DNA of 64,000 nucleotides from Sulfolobaceae archaeon (GTDB lineage Archaea; Thermoproteota; Thermoprotei_A; Sulfolobales; Sulfolobaceae): contig JAWARQ010000001.1 of the NCBI GenBank assembly GCA_038893355.1, positions 192,001-256,000 on the forward strand, in the 5' to 3' direction. A program made the position numbers and the translations under genes. Below are positions 33,823 to 48,372 of this stretch, piece after piece; positions within the stretch are counted from its first letter, which is position 1; each line of letters starts with the position of its first letter. The notes under the pieces were generated by a model that was not told where the DNA came from, did not search any database, and was given only the letters and a program-made list of their open reading frames with translations.

Positions 33823-35603
33823 TGAGTGAGACAGGTAGGATAATTAGAATTAGTGGACCATTAGTAGTTGCAGATGGTATGAGAAATGCTCAGATGTTTG
33901 AAGTAGTTGAGGTAGGAGAACTAAGACTAGTTGGTGAAATTACAAGAATAGAAGGTGATAAAGCATTTATTCAAGTTTATGAAGATACTAGTGGAATAAG
34001 ACCGGGCGAAAGGGTATATAGAACTGGTTCTCTATTATCAGCAGAATTAGGTCCGGGACTAATAGGCAAAATATTTGACGGAATACAAAGACCATTAGAT
34101 GAAATTGCTAATTTAACTAAGAGTCCTTTTGTACAAAGGGGAGTAAAAGTTCCAACGCTAGATAGGAAGAAAAAGTGGCACTTTATTCCCTCAAAGGATA
34201 TTAAAATAGGAGATGTAGTAGAAGGTGGTGATGTTTTAGGTTATGTTCAAGAAACTCCACTTATCCAACACAAGATTCTTGTTCCACCTAATGTTAGAGG
34301 TAAATTAGTAGATTTAGTTAGAGAAGGTGAATATACTGTAGAGGATATTATTGCGGTAGTAGAGTATCAAGGAGACAAGAAAGAATTAAAGATGATGCAA
34401 AAATGGCCAGTAAGAAATCCCAGACCTTATGCTGAAAAACTAGAGCCAACAGAACCGTTATTAACTGGAATAAGAGTAATTGATACTATATTTCCAATTG
34501 CTAAAGGCGGAACAGCTGCAATTCCAGGGCCGTTTGGTAGCGGAAAAACTGTAACTCTTCAAAGTTTAGCTAAGTGGAGTGAGGCTAGAGTTGTAATTTA
34601 CGTTGGATGTGGAGAAAGAGGAAATGAAATGGCTGATGAGTTGAGATCTTTCCCAGAACTTAAAGACCCATGGACCGGCAGACCATTACTGGAGAGGACT
34701 ATATTGATAGCAAATACTAGTAATATGCCAGTAGCAGCAAGAGAAACTAGTATTTACATGGGAGTTACAATGGGTGAATACTTTAGAGATCAAGGATATG
34801 ATGTATTAATAGTAGCTGATTCTACCTCAAGATGGGCTGAAGCACTAAGAGAATTAGGCGGAAGATTAGAAGAAATGCCAGCCGAAGAAGGTTATCCCTC
34901 TTATTTACCGTCAAGGCTTGCAGAGTATTATGAAAGAGCAGGAAGGGTAGTAGCTCTAGGCAGACCAAAAAGACTAGGTTCTGTTACCTTAGCCTCGGCT
35001 GTTTCGCCTCCTGGCGGTGACTTTACAGAACCTGTGACTAGTCATACTTTAAGATTTGTAAAAGTCTTTTGGCCTTTAGATGTTTCTTTGGCACAAGCAA
35101 GGCACTATCCAGCGATAAATTGGATTCAAGGTTTTTCAGGGTATGTTGATTCGGTAGCAGAATGGTGGGCAAAAAATGTTGATCCACAATGGAAAGCATA
35201 TAGAGATGTGTTATCTAACATTTTAATAAGAGAAGATGAATTAAAACAGATCGTAAGATTAGTAGGCCCAGAATCGTTAGCAGAGAAAGATAAGTTAATA
35301 TTAGAGACTGCTAGGATAATTAGGGAAGGCTTCTTAAAGCAAAATGCATATGATGAAGTTGATGCATTTTCTACACCTCAAAAACAATGGAGAATTATGA
35401 AACTCATTGTAATGTTTTATGAAAATGCTAGTAAGCTAATAGAACTAGGACTACCTCTAAGAAAAATTTTAGAAAAAGTTACGATTGTGCCAGAAATAAT
35501 AAGGTCTAAAATGACAATAAGAAATGAAGAGTTACAGAAGTATGATGAATTAGAAAAGAAGTTAAAGGAGCAATTTAGCGAATTATTTAAGGAGGTAAGT
35601 TAA
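33822..35603 (+). CDS. atpA: A-type ATP synthase subunit A
   Basis: [16 protein letters not shown] and [10 protein letters not shown] motifs. Confidence 0.99.
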   Translation: MSETGRIIRISGPLVVADGMRNAQMFEVVEVGELRLVGEITRIEGDKAFIQVYEDTSGIRPGERVYRTGSLLSAELGPGLIGKIFDGIQRPLDEIANLTKSPFVQRGVKVPTLDRKKKWHFIPSKDIKIGDVVEGGDVLGYVQETPLIQHKILVPPNVRGKLVDLVREGEYTVEDIIAVVEYQGDKKELKMMQKWPVRNPRPYAEKLEPTEPLLTGIRVIDTIFPIAKGGTAAIPGPFGSGKTVTLQSLAKWSEARVVIYVGCGERGNEMADELRSFPELKDPWTGRPLLERTILIANTSNMPVAARETSIYMGVTMGEYFRDQGYDVLIVADSTSRWAEALRELGGRLEEMPAEEGYPSYLPSRLAEYYERAGRVVALGRPKRLGSVTLASAVSPPGGDFTEPVTSHTLRFVKVFWPLDVSLAQARHYPAINWIQGFSGYVDSVAEWWAKNVDPQWKAYRDVLSNILIREDELKQIVRLVGPESLAEKDKLILETARIIREGFLKQNAYDEVDAFSTPQKQWRIMKLIVMFYENASKLIELGLPLRKILEKVTIVPEIIRSKMTIRNEELQKYDELEKKLKEQFSELFKEVS

Positions 35604-37007
35604 ATGGAAAGCACATTACTTAATGTAAGAGAGTACAGTAACATTGCCACAATAAAAGGGCCATTACTAATGGTAAAGGGTGTAAGTGATGCAGCGTTTA
35701 ATGAGTTAGTAGAGATTGAATTACCTAATGGAGAGAGAAGAAGAGGGTTAGTTATTGATACACAAATGGGGATATCTGTAGTACAAGTATTTGAGGGTAC
35801 AAGAGGCATTTCACCGACTGGTACTAAAGTTAGATTTCTAGGTAGAGGTTTAGAAATTAGGATTTCTGAAGAGATGTTAGGTAGAATATTTAATCCATTA
35901 GGAGAACCTCTAGATAATGGTCCACCGATAATAAAAGGAGAAAAAAGGGATATTAATGGTTCTCCTTTAAATCCTGCACAGAGAGAATATCCAGAAGAGT
36001 TTATTCAAACTGGAATTTCTGCTATTGATGGTTTGAATGCGTTATTAAGAGGTCAAAAATTACCAATATTTAGCGGAAGTGGACTTCCATCATCGAAGTT
36101 AGCAGTACAAATAGCTAAGCAAGCTACAGTTAGAGGTGAAGAGAGTAAGTTTGCAGTAGTTTTTGCAGCTATAGGAATAAGATATGATGAAGCATTATTC
36201 TTTAAGAAATTCTTTGAGGAGACTGGGGCTATAAATAGGACTGCAATATTTATGAGCTTAGCAAATGACCCGCCGGTGATGAAGATTCTTACGCCAAAGA
36301 TAGCATTAACATTAGCTGAATATCTTGCTTTCGAACAAGATCTACATGTACTTGCTATATTAATTGATATGACAAACTATGCTGAAGCACTTAGAGAATT
36401 GAGTGCATCTAAAGAAGAAGTTCCAGGCAGAGGAGGATATCCTGGTTATATGTATACTGATTTAGCTACAATATATGAAAGAGCTGGAAAGATTAAAGGT
36501 AAGAAAGGTTCAATAACACAAATGCCGATATTAACGATGCCGAATGACGATATTACTCACCCTATACCGGATTTAACCGGATATATTACTGAAGGCCAAA
36601 TAGTTTTAGACAGAAATCTGTTCAATAAAGGCATTTATCCACCAATAAACGTATTAATGAGTCTTTCAAGGTTAGCTAAAGATGGAATTGGAAAGGGTAA
36701 AACTAGAGAAGATCATAAGGATTTAGCAAACCAATTGTTTGCTGCTTATGCTAGGGCGGTAGATACTAGAGGACTTGCTGCAATAGTAGGCGAAGAAAGT
36801 TTACCAGAAGTTGATAGGAAGTATTTAGTATTCGGAGAAGTCTTCGAAAGGAAATTCTTATCTCAAGGTTTTAACGAGAATAGAGATATTGAAACTACGT
36901 TAGATCTAGGTTGGGAAGTACTGTCTGTATTGCCAGAAAGTGAGCTCACTAATATAAGGCCAGAATATATTAAGATTTATCATCCTAAGTACCGTGGAAA
37001 GAAATGA
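35604..37007 (+). CDS. atpB: A-type ATP synthase subunit B
   Basis: [23 protein letters not shown] and [12 protein letters not shown] motifs. Confidence 0.99.
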   Translation: MESTLLNVREYSNIATIKGPLLMVKGVSDAAFNELVEIELPNGERRRGLVIDTQMGISVVQVFEGTRGISPTGTKVRFLGRGLEIRISEEMLGRIFNPLGEPLDNGPPIIKGEKRDINGSPLNPAQREYPEEFIQTGISAIDGLNALLRGQKLPIFSGSGLPSSKLAVQIAKQATVRGEESKFAVVFAAIGIRYDEALFFKKFFEETGAINRTAIFMSLANDPPVMKILTPKIALTLAEYLAFEQDLHVLAILIDMTNYAEALRELSASKEEVPGRGGYPGYMYTDLATIYERAGKIKGKKGSITQMPILTMPNDDITHPIPDLTGYITEGQIVLDRNLFNKGIYPPINVLMSLSRLAKDGIGKGKTREDHKDLANQLFAAYARAVDTRGLAAIVGEESLPEVDRKYLVFGEVFERKFLSQGFNENRDIETTLDLGWEVLSVLPESELTNIRPEYIKIYHPKYRGKK

Positions 37008-37645
37008 GCTCACAAAAAGTATTACCTACTAAAATAAACTTAATAAATATAAGAAGACAATTAAGGTTAGTAAGAATAATAAAGAGATTACTCGAAAACA
37101 AAAGAGAGGTACTACTACTTTACTTAAGGACTTATGCTAGTGAATATGAAAAGTTATTTAGTGAGGTAAATGATTCATTAAAAGAGTTATATAAAACATA
37201 TCTTGATGCAGTTATAGATGAAGGAATTAGTAGAATAGAATCGCTAGCAGAGAGTCAAAAAAGTTCACTTGAAGTTAATGTAAAAACAAGGGTTATTTTT
37301 GGAGTAAAGCTACCTTCTATTAAATTAAATGAATCAAGTATACCTTCAAGAATATTAAGTGATTTAGAAACTTCACCATATCTAGTGAAATCGTATGAAA
37401 TGGTTAGGGTTATATTACCTAAAATTTTCCAATTAATAGAATTAGAGTCAATAATTAGGGGTTTAGCTTCAGAGTTAAGAAGTACTCAGAAATTGATAAA
37501 TTCCATAGATAATTATATACTTCCGTTTTATACTTCATCAGTTAGATATATTAAAGGAGTACTAGAAGATAGGGCAAGAGAGGAATTCACAAGACTTAAA
37601 ATGATAAGGAGAATATTACAGAGGGCTAGGGAAAGTGGACAGTGA
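37004..37645 (+). CDS. atpD: A-type ATP synthase subunit D
   Basis: [15 protein letters not shown] and [12 protein letters not shown] motifs. Confidence 0.95.
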   Translation: MSSQKVLPTKINLINIRRQLRLVRIIKRLLENKREVLLLYLRTYASEYEKLFSEVNDSLKELYKTYLDAVIDEGISRIESLAESQKSSLEVNVKTRVIFGVKLPSIKLNESSIPSRILSDLETSPYLVKSYEMVRVILPKIFQLIELESIIRGLASELRSTQKLINSIDNYILPFYTSSVRYIKGVLEDRAREEFTRLKMIRRILQRARESGQ

Positions 37646-37796
37646 AAAATACTATAACCTATTAAGAGAAAGATTAGAGAAGAAAAAGATGGAGATTCTA
37701 TCTCAGATCCAAAAAGAATATGAAAAACTTTTAGAGAATAGGATAAAGAGTATTGAAAACATAAAAGTAAATATTTTAAGGGAGTCCATGAAATAG
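37635..37796 (+). CDS. Small coiled-coil ATP synthase subunit (Sulfolobales epsilon/G-H type), 53 aa, not in the ORF track
   Basis: [53 protein letters not shown], between atpD and the proteolipid gene. Confidence 0.75.
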   Translation: MDSEKYYNLLRERLEKKKMEILSQIQKEYEKLLENRIKSIENIKVNILRESMK

Positions 37797-37813
37797 TAGA
37801 TGGGTTTTAAGAT

Positions 37814-38122
37814 ATGAAATGGAAGAGGCTCTTGATAGGACTTCTGCCACTACTATTATTAACTAGTATAGTAACTACAGCCCAAACGCCAGCAGATACT
37901 CCTCAAGGTTTCTCAGGATTAAATATTGGTGCTGGTTTAGCAGTAGGGTTAGCTGCAATTGGTGCTGGAATAGCAGTAGGTATGGCTGCTGCCGCTGGTA
38001 TAGGCGTGCTAACTGAGAGGAGGGACATGTTTGGTACCGTTTTAATATTTGTAGCTATTGGTGAAGGTATAGCAGTTTATGGAATTCTATTTGCTGTACT
38101 CATGCTCTTTGCAAAGATATAA
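37814..38122 (+). CDS. atpK: A-type ATP synthase proteolipid subunit K (c) with signal peptide
   Basis: [18 protein letters not shown] and [12 protein letters not shown] with the ion-binding Glu. Confidence 0.96.
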   Translation: MKWKRLLIGLLPLLLLTSIVTTAQTPADTPQGFSGLNIGAGLAVGLAAIGAGIAVGMAAAAGIGVLTERRDMFGTVLIFVAIGEGIAVYGILFAVLMLFAKI

Positions 38123-38158
38123 AAATTTTTTATTTTTGTATTTTCCTATCTGTTAAAT

Positions 38159-39604
38159 GTGAAGGTTTCTAGAGAAAAGTGGGAAAAGAACTTTAGCGAA
38201 TGGTTCGATAGAGTACTTTTTGAGGGCGAATTTTATGATTATGGAAGATATCCAGTAAAAGGTGTTGGAATATGGATGCCTTATGGGTTCAAGTTTAGGC
38301 AAAATGTCTTAAATCTAATGAGAAAATTACTTGATAGTACGGGACATGAAGAAGTTTTATTCCCTCTTCTTATTCCAGAAGATCTACTTAGAAAAGAAGC
38401 GGAGCATATAAGAGGCTTTGAAGGTGAAGTATTATGGGTTACTAAAGGAGGAAAAGAAGATTTAGATGTAAAGTTAGCATTAAGACCAACTAGTGAGGTA
38501 GCAATAACTTATATGGAAAGTTTATGGATAAAGAGTTATAGGCAACTTCCAAAAAAATATTATCAAATTGTTAGTGTATTTAGATACGAAACTAAGGCAA
38601 CTAGACCTATGATAAGGTTAAGAGAAATTACGAGTTTTAAAGAAGCTCATACATTACATGAAACTTATGAGGATGCAGAAAGACAAGTTTATGAGGCTAT
38701 TGGAATTTATAGAGAATTCTTTGATGAATTAGGAATTCCATACGTAATATCAAGAAGACCAGATTGGGATAAATTCGCTGGTGCAGTTTATACAATAGCT
38801 TTTGATACAATAATGCCGGATGGAAGGGTAATGCAAATAGGAACTGTTCACCATTTAGGTCAACATTTTACTAGGGCTCTCGATTACAAAATACAAAAGA
38901 AGGATGGAAGTTTAGATTACCCATACCAAACTAGCTACGGAATTTCGGATAGAGTAATTGCTGCATTAATAGCTATAAATGGAGATGATAATGGGCCAGT
39001 GCTTAATCCTATTGTTGCACCAATAAAGGTAATAATAATCCCAATACCTGCGAAATCCGATGAAGAGACCGAAAAAATAATAAAGTACTCTCGAGAAGTT
39101 TTAGAAGAGCTTAATAATGCAGGAATAAATTCTTATTTAGATGAAGATAAGGAAAAGACACCAGGGGAGAAGTTTTATATTTGGGAATTAAAAGGCGTCC
39201 CATTGAGGATCGAAATAGGTCCAAGGGAAGTTTCAACGAATACTGTGTTCATGAAGTCTAGGCATGATTTTAAAGGATTTAGTTTTCCTAGAGCTGAGTT
39301 AGTAAAAGAGGTTAGGAACCAATTAGAGAGAATTAAAAAAGAATTAAAAGATAGGGCTTGGGAATACTTTAAGAGTAAGATTAGATATACTGAGAATTTA
39401 ACTGAGGCAAAGAAAATAGTTGAAGAGAGAGGGGGAATAGTAGAACTTCCATGGTGCGGTGAAAATTCTTGTGGATTGAAGCTAGAAGAATTAATTAATG
39501 CAAGAGTTTTGGGAGAGCCAATAGAGAAAGTGAGTGTTAGTGGAAATTGTGTAGTGTGCAAGAAGCCAGCAAAGACTATACTACGCATAGCTAAAACTTA
39601 TTAA
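38159..39604 (+). CDS. proS: Prolyl-tRNA synthetase
   Basis: [19 protein letters not shown] and C-terminal AKTY. Confidence 0.98.
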   Translation: MKVSREKWEKNFSEWFDRVLFEGEFYDYGRYPVKGVGIWMPYGFKFRQNVLNLMRKLLDSTGHEEVLFPLLIPEDLLRKEAEHIRGFEGEVLWVTKGGKEDLDVKLALRPTSEVAITYMESLWIKSYRQLPKKYYQIVSVFRYETKATRPMIRLREITSFKEAHTLHETYEDAERQVYEAIGIYREFFDELGIPYVISRRPDWDKFAGAVYTIAFDTIMPDGRVMQIGTVHHLGQHFTRALDYKIQKKDGSLDYPYQTSYGISDRVIAALIAINGDDNGPVLNPIVAPIKVIIIPIPAKSDEETEKIIKYSREVLEELNNAGINSYLDEDKEKTPGEKFYIWELKGVPLRIEIGPREVSTNTVFMKSRHDFKGFSFPRAELVKEVRNQLERIKKELKDRAWEYFKSKIRYTENLTEAKKIVEERGGIVELPWCGENSCGLKLEELINARVLGEPIEKVSVSGNCVVCKKPAKTILRIAKTY

Positions 39605-39638
39605 TATTTATGTAGAAGTGAATATAAGTGAGTTAATT

Positions 39639-39926
39639 TTGCCAAAGAAGAGAGAGAACAGAGGAAGAAGAAAAGGAGATAAAGGTCATGTTGGATACGT
39701 TTCATGTGATAATTGTGGAAAGAGGATACCAGAAGATAAGGCAGTATGTGTTACAAAAATGTACTCACCAGTAGATGCTGCATTAGCACAAGAACTAGAG
39801 AAAAAGGGAGCGATTATAATGAGATATCCAGTAACGAAATGCTATTGTATAAATTGTGCAATTTTCTATGGAATAATAAAGATTAGAGCAGAAGAAGAAA
39901 GGAAACAAAAGGTATCGTTAAAGTAG
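39639..39926 (+). CDS. rps26e: 30S ribosomal protein eS26
   Basis: PKKRENRGRRKGDKGH, CDNC and YCINCA; TTG start at 39639. Confidence 0.95.
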   Translation: MPKKRENRGRRKGDKGHVGYVSCDNCGKRIPEDKAVCVTKMYSPVDAALAQELEKKGAIIMRYPVTKCYCINCAIFYGIIKIRAEEERKQKVSLK

Positions 39927-39967
39927 CTTTAAAAAAGACTTTTTATAGTTTTATAAGGTAAATAGTT

Positions 39968-40987
39968 TTGATGAGGATATACGAACTTTCATTTTATGAA
40001 ATTGAGAATTTCTTTTATAAGCTTGCTGAGATTAAAGACATTATAAAGGATGAAGGATTATTAGAGTACTTACCACCATTTAAGAAAGAACTTCCATTAA
40101 TAGAATCTGGTACAACATTGGTTAAGCATGCCTTTCCAATATTCCAGAAAGGTGGAGTAATAATGGATGTTACTAATGTAAAGCAAGCAGAAATAGCTGA
40201 AAATGCAGGTGCTACTGCAGTAATGGTTCTTGATAAACTGCCCTATGATGTTAGGAAAAGTGGTGGAGTAGCTCGAATGGCTGATCCTAAAGTAATTGAA
40301 GAAGTAATGAACTCTATTACAATTCCAGTAATGGCTAAGGTTAGAATTGGACATTATATGGAGGCTAAAGTTTTAGAAGCCTTAGGAGTTGATATGATAG
40401 ATGAAAGTGAAGTTTTGACTCCTGCAGATGAGGAGCATCATATTAATAAATGGGAATTTAAAGTTCCATTTGTTAACGGTGCAAGAAATTTAGGAGAGGC
40501 GCTTAGAAGAATATCTGAGGGTGCTTCTATGATTAGAACTAAAGGGGAAGCTGGTACTGGAAATGTTAGTGAAGCGGTAAAACATATGAAGATAATGAAC
40601 AGTGAAATTAGATCCTTAATATTTATGGCAGAGGAAGATAGGATAAAGAAGGCTAGGGAATTGCAAGTTCCTTATCAATTACTTGAATTAGTAGTTAAGC
40701 TGAAAAGATTACCAGTAGTAAATTTTGCAGCAGGTGGTATAGCTACTCCTGCAGATGCTGCATTAATGATGTGGTTAGGCTCTGATGGTGTTTTTGTAGG
40801 CTCAGGGATATTCAAGAGTCAAGATCCTGAGGAGAGGGCAAGGGCTATTGTTTTAGCAACTGCAAATTGGGAAGATCCGGAGATTGTGTTAGAAGCTCAG
40901 AAAATGATATCGGAATCAAGAAGTATGATGGGAATAGATATTAGGACATTAAAACCAGAAGAATTATTACAAGTGAGAGGACAATGA
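39968..40987 (+). CDS. pdxS: PLP synthase lyase subunit PdxS with an N-terminal extension
   Basis: [17 protein letters not shown] and [14 protein letters not shown] motifs. Confidence 0.98.
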   Translation: MMRIYELSFYEIENFFYKLAEIKDIIKDEGLLEYLPPFKKELPLIESGTTLVKHAFPIFQKGGVIMDVTNVKQAEIAENAGATAVMVLDKLPYDVRKSGGVARMADPKVIEEVMNSITIPVMAKVRIGHYMEAKVLEALGVDMIDESEVLTPADEEHHINKWEFKVPFVNGARNLGEALRRISEGASMIRTKGEAGTGNVSEAVKHMKIMNSEIRSLIFMAEEDRIKKARELQVPYQLLELVVKLKRLPVVNFAAGGIATPADAALMMWLGSDGVFVGSGIFKSQDPEERARAIVLATANWEDPEIVLEAQKMISESRSMMGIDIRTLKPEELLQVRGQ

Positions 40988-41586
40988 AGATAGGGATAAT
41001 AGCATATCAAGGTAGTTTTGAAGAGCACGGATTAGCAGTAATTAGAGCTTCTAAGAATTTAGGTTTATCAATTCAAGTAGTACCGATAAAGAAACCGTCA
41101 GACCTTAAAGAAGTTGATGGTATCATAATTCCTGGTGGTGAGAGCACAACTATAGGAATCTTGGCATCCAGATTAGGTGTATTAGAATTATTGAGAGAAT
41201 TAATAATCTCTGGTTTACCAGTTATGGGAACATGTGCTGGTGCAATAATGCTTGCTAAAGAGGTTTCAGATGCAAAGGTAGGTAAGAAGTCTCAGCCATT
41301 ATTAGGAGTTATGGATATGGAAGTTATTAGAAATTTCTATGGAAGGCAAAGAGAGAGTTTTGAGGCTTTTATAGACTTATCAGAAATAGGTCTTGGTAGA
41401 GTTAGAGCACCATTTATCAGAGCTCCAGCAATTATTAGAGTCTGGAATGATGCAAAGGCTTTAGCTAAACTAAATGATGTTATCGTAATGGCTAGACAGA
41501 AGAACATGTTAGCTACAACTTTTCATCCAGAACTTTCCTCATCTACTTCTATTCATGAGTACTTCCTATCCATGATTAAGAAATAA
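40984..41586 (+). CDS. pdxT: PLP synthase glutaminase subunit PdxT
   Basis: PGGESTT, GTCAG, FIRAP and FHPE motifs. Confidence 0.98.
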   Translation: MKIGIIAYQGSFEEHGLAVIRASKNLGLSIQVVPIKKPSDLKEVDGIIIPGGESTTIGILASRLGVLELLRELIISGLPVMGTCAGAIMLAKEVSDAKVGKKSQPLLGVMDMEVIRNFYGRQRESFEAFIDLSEIGLGRVRAPFIRAPAIIRVWNDAKALAKLNDVIVMARQKNMLATTFHPELSSSTSIHEYFLSMIKK

Positions 41587-41635
41587 TTTTTATACTTCTA
41601 ATTACGAATACTAAGCGAGTTAAGGGGCTTTAAAT

Positions 41636-43156
41636 TTGAATGATTTGATGATTGATAAATCAGCCTTATTAATAGGTTTATCTAAATATGTAGAAAGAGG
41701 TTTAGTCGTAGGTAACTTTTTAGTTCATAGAAGTCTGTTAGAGGAACTTGAAAAAGAGAGTCAAAATGGTCTATTAACTGCAGAAGTTGCATTAGAGGAA
41801 TTAAGGAAAGTTTCTGAATTAACTGAGAGGTTACTATTAGGTTTTGAAGTTGTAGGTGATGCAAAGGGTGGTAAAGTAGAAGAAATTATAAGAGATTATT
41901 GTTTAAAACATAAATGCACGATACTTACTGCAGATGAAATTCAAAAGAAAATTGCAGAGATTATGAGAATTGATGTAATTTATTTAAAACCATTAGATGA
42001 ACAACTAAGTATAGAAAAATTCTTTGATGAGAGTACAATGAGTGTTCATTTAAAAGAAGGAACTACACCTAAAGTTAAGAAGGGAAAACCTGGATCATGG
42101 TCATTTGTAGAATTATCTACTCAACCAATTACTGCAAGTGAAATAAAGAAGATTGTAGCTGAGATTTTAACAGCAACTAAGGTATTTAAGGATTCATTTA
42201 TTGAAGTAGAAAGAAAAGGTTCTACGATAATACAGTTAGGAAAGTATAGGGTTGTAGTTACTAGACCGCCATTAAGTGATGGTTGGGAGGTTACAATTAC
42301 GCGCCCTGTTACTAGAAAGACCTTAGAAGATTATAATATTAGTGAACAACTAATAAAACGATTTAAGGAGAAAGCAGAAGGAATAGTTATTGCTGGAGCA
42401 CCTGGAATGGGTAAGACAACTTTTGCACAAGCATTGGCAGAGTTTTATATGAGATTAGGTAAGGTGGTAAAGACAATAGAATCTCCAAGGGATATGTTCT
42501 TACCACCTGAAATAAGTCAGTATTCTAAAAATTATGCTGAAATTGGTGAGTTGCATGATATATTATTACTTAGTAGACCAGACTATACTGTCTATGATGA
42601 AATGAGAAATGATGAGGATTTTAAGTTATATGTTGATTTAAGATTAGCAGGGATTGGTATGATAGGAGTAGTCCATGCAACATCGCCTATAGATGCTATA
42701 CATAGATTTGTTAATAGGGTAGATATAGGTACTATTCCAAATATACTTGATACTGTAATATTTATACATTCTGGAGAAGTGAAGAAGGTCTATACGCTTG
42801 AAATGACGGTAAAAGTACCAACAGGATTGAGGGAGGCTGATTTAGCAAGACCAGTAGTGGAGGTTAAGGATTATATTACAAATACTGTAGAGTATGAAAT
42901 CTATGTTTTTGGAGAACAAACAATGATAGTTCCAATTAGGAAAGTTTCTAGACAAGATAATATTATGAATAAGATTAAGATGGCATTAGAAAATTCAATA
43001 CCAGATGCAAAGGTGGAGTATGAGAACGGTGAGTATGTAATTATAATACCTAAAACTTCGATACCAGTATTTAATAGGAAAATAGTGAGTAAAATCAGAA
43101 GATTAGAAAAGAAATTGGGTATAAAAACTAAAATTAAGTTTCAGGAGAGTTCGTAA
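41636..43156 (+). CDS. PINA ATPase (PIN + P-loop + KH), Holliday-junction branch migration
   Basis: MSVHLKE, GAPGMGKTTFAQ, RPDYTVYDEMR and GVVHAT; adjacent to hjc. Confidence 0.93.
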   Translation: MNDLMIDKSALLIGLSKYVERGLVVGNFLVHRSLLEELEKESQNGLLTAEVALEELRKVSELTERLLLGFEVVGDAKGGKVEEIIRDYCLKHKCTILTADEIQKKIAEIMRIDVIYLKPLDEQLSIEKFFDESTMSVHLKEGTTPKVKKGKPGSWSFVELSTQPITASEIKKIVAEILTATKVFKDSFIEVERKGSTIIQLGKYRVVVTRPPLSDGWEVTITRPVTRKTLEDYNISEQLIKRFKEKAEGIVIAGAPGMGKTTFAQALAEFYMRLGKVVKTIESPRDMFLPPEISQYSKNYAEIGELHDILLLSRPDYTVYDEMRNDEDFKLYVDLRLAGIGMIGVVHATSPIDAIHRFVNRVDIGTIPNILDTVIFIHSGEVKKVYTLEMTVKVPTGLREADLARPVVEVKDYITNTVEYEIYVFGEQTMIVPIRKVSRQDNIMNKIKMALENSIPDAKVEYENGEYVIIIPKTSIPVFNRKIVSKIRRLEKKLGIKTKIKFQESS

Positions 43157-43580
43157 TAAAGTAATCTAATGGTTTTACAAGTTTCGAGTCTACATATCTA
43201 ACTAGTTCATCAAATGTTAATGCCTTATTTAATACTTCCTCATCTATAAGAAAGTTCCCATTGTCTGTTCTTTTTAAATTCTCGAACTTAATGAAGTATA
43301 ATTCTTTCGGGTACTTAACGCCTATAAATAATTCAGCACCAGCCTTTCTTGCAAATTCAGCTATTCCTAATCCTTGCTCTTTGGATATATATATTCTTCC
43401 TTCTCTTCTTCTACTCTTCATTTCAATAAGTATAATAACTCCAGATTTCATGAGTATTATATCTGGTATATGATCTTTTCTCTTACTTCCACTTGCCGGT
43501 GTCCTAACTACTGCAAAACCTCTATCTCTAAATTTATTTACTATTTGCCTCTCAATACTACTTCCTCTCTGTTTATTCAC
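43134..43580 (-). CDS. hjc: Holliday junction resolvase Hjc
   Basis: GSSIER, GFAVVRTPASGS, PDII and IEMKS motifs. Confidence 0.95.
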   Translation of the reverse strand: MNKQRGSSIERQIVNKFRDRGFAVVRTPASGSKRKDHIPDIILMKSGVIILIEMKSRRREGRIYISKEQGLGIAEFARKAGAELFIGVKYPKELYFIKFENLKRTDNGNFLIDEEVLNKALTFDELVRYVDSKLVKPLDYFITNSPET

Positions 43581-43602
43581 AATGTATAATAAAAAGGAAG
43601 GT

Positions 43603-44954
<1,352 letters not shown>

Positions 44955-44977
<23 letters not shown>

Positions 44978-46673
44978 GCACTATCACCTGCTTTAATCTA
45001 CCGCCTGGTGGTAAAGTAGGTAAGGCTAACTCATTTTTGTCGATAGGAAGTCTTATTATCGTTGGAACATTCTCCTTAATAGCAATTCTTAATGACTTTT
45101 CTAATTCTTCATAGGAATCTGCATTAAATCCTAATGCGCCAAAAGCCTCAGCAAATTTGACAAAGTCTGGAGATGGTCCATAATCTACTCCAACTATTCT
45201 CTTATTCTGGAATAAATCTTGAACTTGCCTTACTAATCCTAAAGTTCTGTTATCAAAGATTACAACTATAACTGGAATACCCTCATCAACTGCTGTTGCA
45301 AGGTTTGTAGCTGTCATTAAAAACGAACCGTCACCATCTAGATCTACCACGATCTTATCTGGTTTTGCTAGTTTTGCACCCATTGCTGCAGGTAAACCAA
45401 ACCCCATAGTACCCATTCCAGTAGATGATAGGAACGTTCTAGGTTCTAATACTTCCCAAAATACTTCAGCCCACATTTGATGCTGTCCTACACCAGTAGT
45501 TACTATTGCATCCCTTGGTAATACCTTCCTAATTACCTTTAATATCTTCCATGGCTTTAGTTTTCCTGGTTCATCGTAGTAATAAAACTGTGAATAGTAC
45601 TCCTTTAGTTCCTTAACCCTTTTTAGCCAACTAGAGTTATCTCTCTTAATTCCGATACTTACTACTGCCTTTATTAATTCTCTTAGAATTATTTTAGCAT
45701 CTCCAAATAGGCTAACATCCATTTTTATTGATCTTTCGGCATCAGTAGGATCTATATTTATCATTATAAATTTCTTTCTCGTTTCAATCATTTCGTCATA
45801 TGAGGTGAAGGTTCTATCGCTTAGTCTAGCTCCTACTATTAGCATAACATCTGCCTCTAAAGCCGCAAACGAAGCTTCAGCTCTGCCATAGTAACCCATA
45901 GGACCTACGTAGAGTGGGTGATCATGTGGTATTGCAGACTTCCCTGGAAGAGTAGATACGATAGGACTCTGTAATATTTCTGCTAGTTCTAGAACTTCTG
46001 GAGTAGCATTAGACCATACTACTCCGGTTCCAACTAATATTATCGGTCTTTCTGCATTTATTAAAAGTTCTGCAGCACGTTTAAGTGAGACAGTATCAAT
46101 TATTGTTTTAAATGGCTTATATCCTCTGACAACTGGTTCTTCAGGCCATTTTATCTCATCTATCTTTTCTAATTGAACATCTCTAGGGATATCTATTATT
46201 ACAGGTCCTGGTCGACCTGTTGTAGCTATATAGAATGCGTTTTTTACCCAAATTGGTATTTCATCAATTCTCTTTATTTGTACGGCATACTTTGCTATAT
46301 GAAATCCTACACCAGGGGTATCAGCTTCTTGAAATGCCATTTTTCCTATTGAATTTCTAACAACTTGTCCAGTTATTGCAATAACTGGCGAGCTATCCCA
46401 ATATGCAGTTATTAATCCAGTTGTAAGGTTCATTGCACCAGGACCAGAGGTTGCAGTACATACTCCAGGAAAACCGGTTACTCTTGCATAACCATCTGCT
46501 GCATGTGCTGCTGCTTGCTCGTGTCTCATTAATACATGCCTTAATTCTCCCCTTTCTAAATCCTCTAAGAATGCATCGTAAAATGGCATATTCGTTAATC
46601 CAGGGATTCCAAATATAACTTTTACACCTTCTCTTTTTAGAGAATCAACTAATAATCTAGCACCTGTCGGCAA
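44955..46673 (-). CDS. ilvB: Acetolactate synthase large subunit
   Basis: RHEQAAAHAADGYAR, TSGPGA, GQHQMW, GTMGFGLP and GDGSF motifs. Confidence 0.97.
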
Positions 46674-46858
46674 TTTTCACACCTTCTTCTTCTGAGAATT
46701 TCTTATTGTTAAAAAATCCTCTAGTAGATTGAAATATATCAAATTTGGAGGGTAAACTCACCTGTCACCTTTCTTCACGCTTAGTTAACTCACGAATTTA
46801 TATTTTTAAATATTACGCTGAAATTTTAATATACCCCATTTAAAAATCGTTTAATACC

Positions 46859-47350
46859 CTAAATGTGTTTTTTAATAAAATCTAATAATTCATTAAAAGA
46901 CTTTACATCTTTCCACATTTCTATGCATTTAATGTTACCATTATAGAGCCATACATAACCAAAGTGTTGTCTCCTATCATCTACGAATAATATCTCTTCT
47001 GGTTTTATTTGGATTCCCCGCTCTATTAGCATCCTAATTATTTCTTTTATCATTATAAACTTATATGGATAAGGTCTAGAAATTATTATATCAAAATAAT
47101 CTCGTATTTCTAACATTGTTAATATTTTAATTAGTTTTTCTTCATAATTCCATGTTGCCATTCCAATAATTTTCTTCATACTTTTTAGAAATTCTAAAGT
47201 ATCTCTAACCCCTTCAGCTAGCTTAAGTTTGTTACCTTTACTATCAGTTATTGTATCTTTATCAATTCTTATTAATTCTCCTTCAAACTCCGAAATATTG
47301 TGGTGATCCCATAATGTCTTATCCGCATCAAAAATTACTACCTTTATCAT
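46859..47350 (-). CDS. Magnesium-dependent phosphatase-1 (HAD IIIC)
   Basis: [15 protein letters not shown] and LFVDDR; start placed at MIKVV. Confidence 0.88.
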   Translation of the reverse strand: MIKVVIFDADKTLWDHHNISEFEGELIRIDKDTITDSKGNKLKLAEGVRDTLEFLKSMKKIIGMATWNYEEKLIKILTMLEIRDYFDIIISRPYPYKFIMIKEIIRMLIERGIQIKPEEILFVDDRRQHFGYVWLYNGNIKCIEMWKDVKSFNELLDFIKKHI

Positions 47351-47409
47351 TTCATCTCCCTTAAAAACAATAGAATTTCTTTTATTAAATCTCATTCAAT
47401 CATACATAT

Positions 47410-48372
47410 ATGCCAAATGGAAAACTACTAACTATTGCAGAGGGTTCATTTGATGGTATAATTGAGATTCAAAACTCATTAAAAACTAGTATATTAGGAA
47501 ATGATAATAAAAAGTATAGTACAATCTTTGAAGTTAAGAAAGATCCTACTAACGTTTTTCTTATTATCTTCACAGAGTCCAGAAGTACTGTTAATAAATG
47601 GAGGGTATGGATTAATCATTTCTCTTTAACTAAGGAATTTAAACCAAATTTAGATATAAAATTAGATAATAATAAAAATTATTATATAGTAATATATGAT
47701 ATCACTCCTATTATTAAAAATGAATTACAAAAGTATGAAGTAGTTGTAGAGTATTCTGGAGCAGAACCATTAAAGATAGATAACATTTCATTTATTTCAT
47801 TTTATAAAATTAATAGTTTTAATACTAATTATAAATTAAATATAGGTAAAATATTACTTAAATCCAATGAAGAAATTTACCTTGATAGTCTAGGTAGAAA
47901 TTTTATGATTGCAAAAAATCCGAATTCTACTAAAATGATCATTTATTATAATAATAATGAATCTTACGAGCTTTCTGGACCTTTTGATAATGAAGAGTTT
48001 GAGTTTGAAGGTAGTGGTAAAGTTAAGATTAAGCATGATGGTTATTCAAATTCTGCATTGAGTATAATTAGTTTCCATACAATGCAGGTTAAAGAACCAA
48101 AAATTGATTTAGAATTGAATGGTAAGATAGTTGATGGTGTACTAAAGTTTGATATAATTAATAAAAGTGAAATCGATCTAGATAAGGTAATAATAAATGT
48201 AATGGTTAATGGTATTACCCAATTTTACAAAGTATGTGATAATGTTAAAATTAATTTTTATGAAAAATATGAAATTCCAATAAAAGCAAAAAATGGTATT
48301 ATTTCTCTACGTATAGTAGGTGTGAAGGCAAGTATAAGAAAGGTATTCGAGAAACAGTATAAATTAGGGTAA
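47410..48372 (+). CDS. Hypothetical beta-rich protein
   Basis: Intact 320-aa ORF; no motif recognised. Confidence 0.7.
   Translation: MPNGKLLTIAEGSFDGIIEIQNSLKTSILGNDNKKYSTIFEVKKDPTNVFLIIFTESRSTVNKWRVWINHFSLTKEFKPNLDIKLDNNKNYYIVIYDITPIIKNELQKYEVVVEYSGAEPLKIDNISFISFYKINSFNTNYKLNIGKILLKSNEEIYLDSLGRNFMIAKNPNSTKMIIYYNNNESYELSGPFDNEEFEFEGSGKVKIKHDGYSNSALSIISFHTMQVKEPKIDLELNGKIVDGVLKFDIINKSEIDLDKVIINVMVNGITQFYKVCDNVKINFYEKYEIPIKAKNGIISLRIVGVKASIRKVFEKQYKLG

Noticed and set aside
30760-38122. Split ATP synthase locus (divergent atpI, no subunit C here, proteolipid with signal peptide)
   Set aside because: Matches the known Sulfolobales arrangement; not novel.
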